Shown one piece after another: positions 57,956-64,000 of a DNA stretch of 64,000 bases. This DNA is from Spirochaetota bacterium (GTDB lineage: Bacteria; Spirochaetota; UBA12135; COTS27; CBDBHE01). Each line of letters begins with the position of its first letter. Position 1 is the stretch's first letter. The notes beneath the pieces are model-generated. The model did not search any database, was not told the origin of the DNA, and saw only the letters and a program-made list of their open reading frames with translations. The position numbers and the translations under genes were made by a program. The stretch covers positions 160,001-224,000 of the forward strand of contig CBDBHE010000006.1 of the NCBI GenBank assembly GCA_965205605.1. The letters are read 5' to 3'.

Positions 57956-59859
57956 TTTTTAAAAAAATGGCTTTTTTTTTATGGAGTTTAATTTTGATAA
58001 GCTTGTTTACTTTGTATGAAAGACCTGTTTTTTCACAGAGTTTTTCTAACATCAATTTAAATAAGTTTAAAAGCTTGATTGTGCATGAAGGGGGTAGGTT
58101 GAAACCAATGGATACACTTGCTAAAACAACGCTTGTGAGTTTTAGTGGTCGTTCTCGTTATAAAGGGGAGTTGGCTATTAGTTGGTTTGCTCGTCTTGTT
58201 TTTTTACCAGAGACAACAGGGGGTGATAAGGTTTTTCGTATTAATCATCCAGGGATTCTTGATGCGTTGTCTTTGAAAAAAGAAAAAAGGCATCGTTATA
58301 GTTTGAAACAAATGATTCCTTCTTATAATGAATTGGTAAGACTAGTGGGACTTGTTTTTGAAAAAGAGGAAGAACAGAGAGATATTGTTGAAAAAGAAAT
58401 GATTAGACTTTATGGTAACTTGCAAAGATATTTAAGTTTTACTAGTAGTTTTTCATTTACCAAAAACTTTTATTTTCCAGCTTTAGAAGATGAAGTTATT
58501 CAAAAAAAGATTGGCTTTTCTAAAGAATTAAAAGCAAATGTTTTGTATTTGGATTTATTTTCAAACCATCAAGTAACGTTTTTGAAAATGTTAAGGAAAT
58601 ATCAAAATAAAAAGGAATCAAGTTTTACTCAACAAGATTGGCGTTTGCTTTCTTTTTTAGTCAATTATTTTGGGATTCAAAAAAATGCAACTCAAGCTAA
58701 TTTTTTAAAAATCATTCCTTCCAAGCATGTTAATTTGGAATGGTTTGCTCCTTGGCAAGTGTTGAGCTCTGGGATTTCAGAAAGTGAAGATCTTTTACAG
58801 AGACTTAATCAAGTGGCAAATGCTTACCGAAAAGGAAATCAACAAGATTTTGATACAGCTTTAATAAAGTTTAAAAATGATGTTTTAAGTAAAACAGAAA
58901 TAAAAAAAGGACTGGCAAAAAGAAATTATTTAGAAGTTTTTTATAATCGATTAAATCCTTTTGGTTATGCAAAATTGTTTTATTTTTTGTCTTTAATGAG
59001 TCTTTTTTTTTCTTTTTTAAAGTTAAAAAAAGTTTTTTCTTGGGTTTCTTTAGTGAGTTTAGTATTAGGTTTTGGGATTCATTTTTTTGGGATGGGACTT
59101 CGAGCTTTGATTACAGAGAGACCACCTATTTCAAATCTTTTTGATACGTTTGTTTTTGTTTCTATAATGACGGTTGTTTTAGGCTTTGTGGTAGAGTTTT
59201 TAAATAAAGAAAGGCTAGGGCTTATTTGTGCTAGTATAGGGGGATTGATTCTTTTGCTAATTTCGGGAAGGTTTGCTGCTGAAGGAGATACTATGGGAGT
59301 TTTGGTTGCTGTTTTAAGAAGTAATTTTTGGCTTTTAACCCATGTAATTGCTATTAATTTGGGTTATTCAGGGATTATTTTTTCGGGTTTAGTGGCTCAT
59401 TTTTATCTTTTTTTTCTTCTTCAAAAGAAAAACAATCCAGAAAAAGAAAGGCATTTTTTTCGTTTTATTTATGGGATTCAAGGATTTGGATTATTATTTA
59501 CATTTTTAGGGACTATTTTAGGTGGGATTTGGGCAGATCAATCTTGGGGACGTTTTTGGGGATGGGATCCAAAAGAAAATGGAGCTCTTTTAATTGTGAT
59601 TTGGAGTGCAATTTTATTTCATGCAAAAATGGGAGGTATCATTGGTAATTTAGGGTTTGCAGCGGGAGCTGTTTTTAATATTATTGTTGTTATTCTTGCC
59701 TGGTTTGGAATTAATCTTTTAGGGGTAGGGCTACATTCTTATGGTTTTACTTCGGGATTAGGCTTTGGGGTTTTTGCTTATATTGGGTTGCAACTGAGTC
59801 TTCTTTTCTTTCTTCTTTATTTGATTTTTAGAAACAAAGAGAAGCAGATTTCTTCTTAA
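57952..59859 (+). CDS. ccsA: Cytochrome c biogenesis protein CcsA/ResC with large periplasmic N-domain
   Basis: GRLKPMDT, RPPISN, WLLTHV, WWD motif WADQSWGRFWGWDPKEN, GLHSYG. Confidence 0.93.
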   Translation: MIFKKMAFFLWSLILISLFTLYERPVFSQSFSNINLNKFKSLIVHEGGRLKPMDTLAKTTLVSFSGRSRYKGELAISWFARLVFLPETTGGDKVFRINHPGILDALSLKKEKRHRYSLKQMIPSYNELVRLVGLVFEKEEEQRDIVEKEMIRLYGNLQRYLSFTSSFSFTKNFYFPALEDEVIQKKIGFSKELKANVLYLDLFSNHQVTFLKMLRKYQNKKESSFTQQDWRLLSFLVNYFGIQKNATQANFLKIIPSKHVNLEWFAPWQVLSSGISESEDLLQRLNQVANAYRKGNQQDFDTALIKFKNDVLSKTEIKKGLAKRNYLEVFYNRLNPFGYAKLFYFLSLMSLFFSFLKLKKVFSWVSLVSLVLGFGIHFFGMGLRALITERPPISNLFDTFVFVSIMTVVLGFVVEFLNKERLGLICASIGGLILLLISGRFAAEGDTMGVLVAVLRSNFWLLTHVIAINLGYSGIIFSGLVAHFYLFFLLQKKNNPEKERHFFRFIYGIQGFGLLFTFLGTILGGIWADQSWGRFWGWDPKENGALLIVIWSAILFHAKMGGIIGNLGFAAGAVFNIIVVILAWFGINLLGVGLHSYGFTSGLGFGVFAYIGLQLSLLFFLLYLIFRNKEKQISS

Positions 59860-59876
59860 AAAGAAGATTTTTTTTT
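59851..59876 (+). terminator. Possible intrinsic terminator at the end of ccsA
   Basis: TCTTCTT-aaa-AAGAAGA stem followed by T9; weak AT-rich stem. Confidence 0.4.
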
Positions 59877-59908
59877 ATCAATAAGCATTCGGGTTGTTTT
59901 CTTTTTGA

Positions 59909-59937
59909 TTGACTTTTTTTTAAAAAAAAGTTAGGAT
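59909..59937 (+). promoter_or_regulatory. Putative sigma70 promoter of nusA-infB-rbfA
   Basis: TTGACT-N17-TAGGAT; the spacer is a T8A8 palindrome. Confidence 0.45.
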
Positions 59938-60078
59938 AATAGAAGTTTTTTCTATTGCTTTTTCCAAAGGATTTTGTAAAATAATCAATTTTATTTTTTT
60001 GATAAAATTGAAATTGAAATGATTTTGAAATAACATAGTGAAAAAAAAGTTTGAATTTTATAAGGGATTAATACTACA

Positions 60079-61572
60079 TTGTTAGAGCTTAAAGATGCGA
60101 TTGAAATGATATCAGTGCAGCATTCTATTGCAACTGAAGAAGTTGTTAATCTTTTAAAAGACACGATTAAAAATGAGTTTTCTGAGTTTTTAAATGCTTT
60201 TGAAGAAGACATTATTGTTGATATTGATGACGAAGAATATAAAGTGAATATTTCTATTATGAAAGAAGTGATTAACACGCCTGCAAATGAGTTTTTAGAA
60301 ATTTCTTTAGTAGAAGCAAAAAAAATCTTTAAAGAAGAAGATCTTAAAATTGGAGTTCGTATTAAAGTTCCCCTTAGTTTTGAAGTTTTAAAAAGAAAAG
60401 ACATTAAAAGACTTAACTTTATTTTAAAACAAAAAATTCGAAATATTAAAAATGAAATCCTTTATCGAGATTATAAAAATAAAGAAGGTGAATTGATTAA
60501 TGGTATTTTTTTAAGAAGAAGAGGCCAAGATATGTTTATTGATATTGGTAAAATAGAAGCTTGCCTTCCTTTTAGAGAGCAATCTTTTAGAGAGAAATAC
60601 AAGCAAGGGGATCATATCAAAACTTACATTAAAGAAGTCGTCATGGATGAGCGGCAAATGGTTAATATTTATGTAAGTCGAGTTGACGCTAATATTGTTA
60701 GAAAACTTTTTGAATTAGAGATCCCTGAGTTAGCAGATGGATCTGTTAAAATTAAAGAGATTGTAAGAGACCCTGGGAAAAAAATAAAAATGTCCGTGTA
60801 TTCGACAAAAATAGGCGTTGAGCCGGTAGGGTCTTGTGTGGGGGTTTCGGGGATTCGTATTAAGGCGGTTATTAAAGAGCTTTGGGGCGAGAGGATTGAT
60901 GTGGTTCCTTATAATGATAACATTAAGGAATTTATTGGTCGTGCTATGCAACCTGGAAAGGTCATCAATGTTCTTATTATTAATGAGGATAAAAAAGAAT
61001 GTTTAGTGATTGTTGACGATGAATCTTATCCTTTTGCACTTGGTAAGGATGGGGTGAATATTAAATTAGCTTCCCATTTAACGGGGTGGAATATTAGTGT
61101 GCGTTCAGAAAGCCAAGTTAAAAAATACCCTGATCTAATGAAGATTTTTTCTAGAGCAGAAAATCTTTTTTCTAATGTTGAAACAGATTTAAATCAATTA
61201 ACTGAAATTGACGAATCAGTTATTGTTAAACTTATGAATGCTGGCATTATGTCTATTGCTGATTTGTATGAGAAGAGTGTTGAAGAAATTAATCGTTTAG
61301 AAAATATTTCTAAAGAAGAAGCGACCCTCATTAGAAAAACTCTTGATGAAATGGTAGAAATTGTAGATGAAGATGAAAAACCTAAAGAGATCCCTAGACC
61401 TTATTTAAATCGAGATGAGAGAGGATATTCTCCACAGCAAGAAGTTGTCAAAGAAGAAGTAGAGCATGTTGAGTATTTGGTATGCCCTTCTTGTGATTAT
61501 GAATTTGAATATGAAAATCAAAAAAGGTGTCCTTCTTGTGATGTAGAATTTGAATTTGAAGAGGAAAACTGA
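60079..61572 (+). CDS. nusA: Transcription termination/antitermination factor NusA with C-terminal zinc ribbon
   Basis: LFELEIPE, RDPG..K, VGSCVG..G.RI, ERIDV, ALGKDGVNIKLAS.LTGW; CPSC...CPSC tail; TTG start. Confidence 0.96.
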   Translation: MLELKDAIEMISVQHSIATEEVVNLLKDTIKNEFSEFLNAFEEDIIVDIDDEEYKVNISIMKEVINTPANEFLEISLVEAKKIFKEEDLKIGVRIKVPLSFEVLKRKDIKRLNFILKQKIRNIKNEILYRDYKNKEGELINGIFLRRRGQDMFIDIGKIEACLPFREQSFREKYKQGDHIKTYIKEVVMDERQMVNIYVSRVDANIVRKLFELEIPELADGSVKIKEIVRDPGKKIKMSVYSTKIGVEPVGSCVGVSGIRIKAVIKELWGERIDVVPYNDNIKEFIGRAMQPGKVINVLIINEDKKECLVIVDDESYPFALGKDGVNIKLASHLTGWNISVRSESQVKKYPDLMKIFSRAENLFSNVETDLNQLTEIDESVIVKLMNAGIMSIADLYEKSVEEINRLENISKEEATLIRKTLDEMVEIVDEDEKPKEIPRPYLNRDERGYSPQQEVVKEEVEHVEYLVCPSCDYEFEYENQKRCPSCDVEFEFEEEN

Positions 61573-61582
61573 GGTTTCTAAG

Positions 61583-63778
61583 ATGTATAAAAAAACGCCA
61601 AAGATTATTTTTAAGAAAAATCCTGATGGCACAACAACTAAAGTTGTTGTTAAAAAAGTTGTTAAAAAAGTAAAAATTAGTACAGCATCACAAAATAAAT
61701 CAAAATTTCAATCTTCTCCATCTCCTCAAAATCGAAATAGTTCTTTTAATAAACCTACTTATAAAAAAGACAGTCATCAAGGTGGAAAAAAAAAAATCCT
61801 TATTACTAAAAAGAAAAAAACCAAACAAACAGGTTCAGGATTTGCTTCTTTTGATTTTGCTTCAAATAAAGGTCGAGATTATAGCTCTAGAAAAGATAAA
61901 AGAGAAATTCTTGAAAAAGACAAACTAGAGTCTAAAGAAGAATATAATAAATACACACATACGGTTGGTAAAAATCAAAATACTACTTTTGATGAGTACT
62001 CAGGAATCCCTAAAAATATCGAGATACCGGATGTAATTTCTATTAAAGATTTAGCTTTAAAGCTTAATTTGAAAGCTTCTCAAATTTTGAAGAAGCTTTT
62101 TAATTATGGGATTATGGATTTAACTGTCAATGATAATATTGATGCTCAATCTGCTCAAGTAGTTTGTGCGGAATTAAACTGTAATGTGAAAGTGGTTTCT
62201 CTTTTAGAGCAATCAAAAGTTGAAGAAGATATTGGAAAGAAAGAAGACTATGAAAAAAGAGATCCGGTTGTGACGATTATGGGGCATGTTGATCATGGAA
62301 AAACGACGCTTTTAGAAACCATTAAAAAATCAAAATTGACAGGGTTAGAATCAGGTGGGATTACTCAACACATAGAAGTCTATCACGTGCAAACTAGTAA
62401 AGGAGGAATTTTATTTATTGATACTCCAGGTCATGCTGCTTTTTTTAAAATGAGAGCAAGGAGCACTATCGTTACAGACTTAATTATATTGGTTGTTTCT
62501 GCTGTTGATGGTATAAAACCACAGACAACTGAGGTGATTGAACATGCTAAGAAGGCTAATGTTAATGTGGTTGTGGCAGTCAATAAAATGGATATGCAAG
62601 GGGCCGATTTTAAAAAAATAGAGTTGGAATTTTCTAAACATGGACTTTCGTCAACAGATAAAGGAGGGGATATTATTTTCCATCCAATATCAGCTCTTAA
62701 AAATCAAGGCATTGATGAACTTTTAGAAAAAGCTGTTGTAAAAGCCAATACGTTAAGTTTAAAAGGAAATAAAAAAGTCAGAGCAAGTGGGTATGTTATT
62801 GAGTCTAAAGTAGAAACAGGCAAAGGAAATGTAGCAACAGTGGTTATTAAAAATGGACTTTTAAAAGAAGGTGATGCGTATATTTGTGGTAATTATCCAG
62901 GGCGTGTTAGAGCAATGTTTGATGAAAGAGGTAAAATTATTAAAAAAGCAGGTCCTTCATCTGTTGTTGAAGTGATTGGTTTAGATGGGTTTGTGTCTTC
63001 AGGCGATCAGTTTCAAGTTTTAAAAACTGAAAAGGAAGCTAGAAAAATTTCTGAAATGCGTATTCAGTTGGAAAAAACCAAAAGCTCTAATGTTAAAAAA
63101 GTAACCCTCTCAAACTTATTTGATACTATCAAAGAAACTGAAATTAATGAATTGAAAGTCATTGTTAAAGGAGATGTATTTGGTTCGGTGGAAGCAATTA
63201 AAGAAATGCTTGAAAAAATGAAAAATGAAGAAGTTAAAATTTCCGTGATTCATTTTGGTACAGGAAGTGTTACTGAAAATGATATTAATTTAGCTTCTGC
63301 TTCTAATGCTCTTATTTTAGGCTTTAAGGTGCGGCCTAATAGTAAAGCCAAAAAGCTAGCAGAATTAGAAGGAATAAAAATTTATCTTTATCAAGTCGTT
63401 TATGATCTCGTTGATCAAATCACAAAAATACTTGAGGGAATGCTAAAATATGATCATAAGGAAGATATTTTGGGTCAAGTGAAAGTTAAAGAAATTTATA
63501 AAATCTCAGGATCTGGTAAAATAGTTGGTTGTATTGTAACCAAAGGAAAAATTATAAAAAATGGTAAAATTAGAGTTTTGCGATCTAATAAAAATATTTT
63601 TGAAGGAGATATTAGCTCTTTAAAAAGATTTAAAGATAATGTTAAGCATGTGAGTGAAGGAATGGAATGTGGGATACAAATAAAAAGTTATCAAGATTAT
63701 CAAGTCGGTGATGTTTTAGAATCTTATTCTATCACCAAGGTACAAAAAAAGTTACAATTAAATGTAAATAACAATTAA
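61583..63778 (+). CDS. infB: Translation initiation factor IF-2
   Basis: MGHVDHGKTT, GGITQH, DTPGH, NKMD, SLKRFKD, GMECG; ATG at 61583 with GAGGT RBS. Confidence 0.97.
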   Translation: MYKKTPKIIFKKNPDGTTTKVVVKKVVKKVKISTASQNKSKFQSSPSPQNRNSSFNKPTYKKDSHQGGKKKILITKKKKTKQTGSGFASFDFASNKGRDYSSRKDKREILEKDKLESKEEYNKYTHTVGKNQNTTFDEYSGIPKNIEIPDVISIKDLALKLNLKASQILKKLFNYGIMDLTVNDNIDAQSAQVVCAELNCNVKVVSLLEQSKVEEDIGKKEDYEKRDPVVTIMGHVDHGKTTLLETIKKSKLTGLESGGITQHIEVYHVQTSKGGILFIDTPGHAAFFKMRARSTIVTDLIILVVSAVDGIKPQTTEVIEHAKKANVNVVVAVNKMDMQGADFKKIELEFSKHGLSSTDKGGDIIFHPISALKNQGIDELLEKAVVKANTLSLKGNKKVRASGYVIESKVETGKGNVATVVIKNGLLKEGDAYICGNYPGRVRAMFDERGKIIKKAGPSSVVEVIGLDGFVSSGDQFQVLKTEKEARKISEMRIQLEKTKSSNVKKVTLSNLFDTIKETEINELKVIVKGDVFGSVEAIKEMLEKMKNEEVKISVIHFGTGSVTENDINLASASNALILGFKVRPNSKAKKLAELEGIKIYLYQVVYDLVDQITKILEGMLKYDHKEDILGQVKVKEIYKISGSGKIVGCIVTKGKIIKNGKIRVLRSNKNIFEGDISSLKRFKDNVKHVSEGMECGIQIKSYQDYQVGDVLESYSITKVQKKLQLNVNNN

Positions 63779-63790
63779 TTTAAATTCCAA

Positions 63791-64000
63791 ATGAATCGGC
63801 ATGGAATTAAGTTAAAACGTTTAGAAAAGGCTTATCAGCAAGCTCTTTGTGAAGCCCTTTTATTTAAAGTAAGAGATCCTCGTTTGGAAAATGTAGAAAT
63901 TTCAATTAATCGTGTTGAAATTAACCAAGAAATGAGTGTCGCTTCTGTTTTTTTTACTTTGAGTGATAACCAAAATAAAAATAAAGTGATTAAAGCTCTT
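63791..64000 (+). CDS. rbfA: Ribosome-binding factor A (3'-truncated)
   Basis: MNRHGIKLKRLEK...KVRDPRL...INRVEINQEMSVASVFF directly after infB; not in the ORF track. Confidence 0.88.
   Translation, partial: MNRHGIKLKRLEKAYQQALCEALLFKVRDPRLENVEISINRVEINQEMSVASVFFTLSDNQNKNKVIKAL

Overview
Gene-dense, very AT-rich (roughly 27-30% GC by eye) bacterial chromosomal segment with about 51 protein-coding genes. I recognised no rRNA, tRNA, CRISPR array, integrase or transposase. A diderm envelope (LolCD, OmpH/Skp), a Borrelia-type PyrG, a spirochaete-type conserved protein (44.2-45.0 kb), a spirochaete-like phosphohexomutase and Gln at GyrA position 83 point to an uncultured Spirochaetota lineage (inference). 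Housekeeping genes are rdgB, efp, pepA, trmL, cysE, gyrA, lolCD, pepN, pyrG, eno, pyrB, nadE, gcvTH and nusA-infB-rbfA. The most interesting content is redox and sulfur related. (1) A complete bacillithiol cluster (bshC-bshB1-bshA) is headed by a bacilliredoxin-rhodanese fusion and followed by pepN and a small conserved-Cys (SGCSID) protein, which suggests a bacillithiol-persulfide handling system. (2) msrP has no adjacent msrQ and instead lies downstream of an FAD/NAD(P)H oxidoreductase and a polytopic 4Fe-4S membrane protein. (3) A PVC-type DUF1549/DUF1553 + DUF1501 pair and a PVC-like cytochrome c maturation trio are present. Other oddities are a LIM/DA1-like zinc-finger pseudo-peptidase, a stand-alone CHAT protease, an in-frame A19 tract and several operator-like palindromes. 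All family calls come from motif recognition only; no searches were run.
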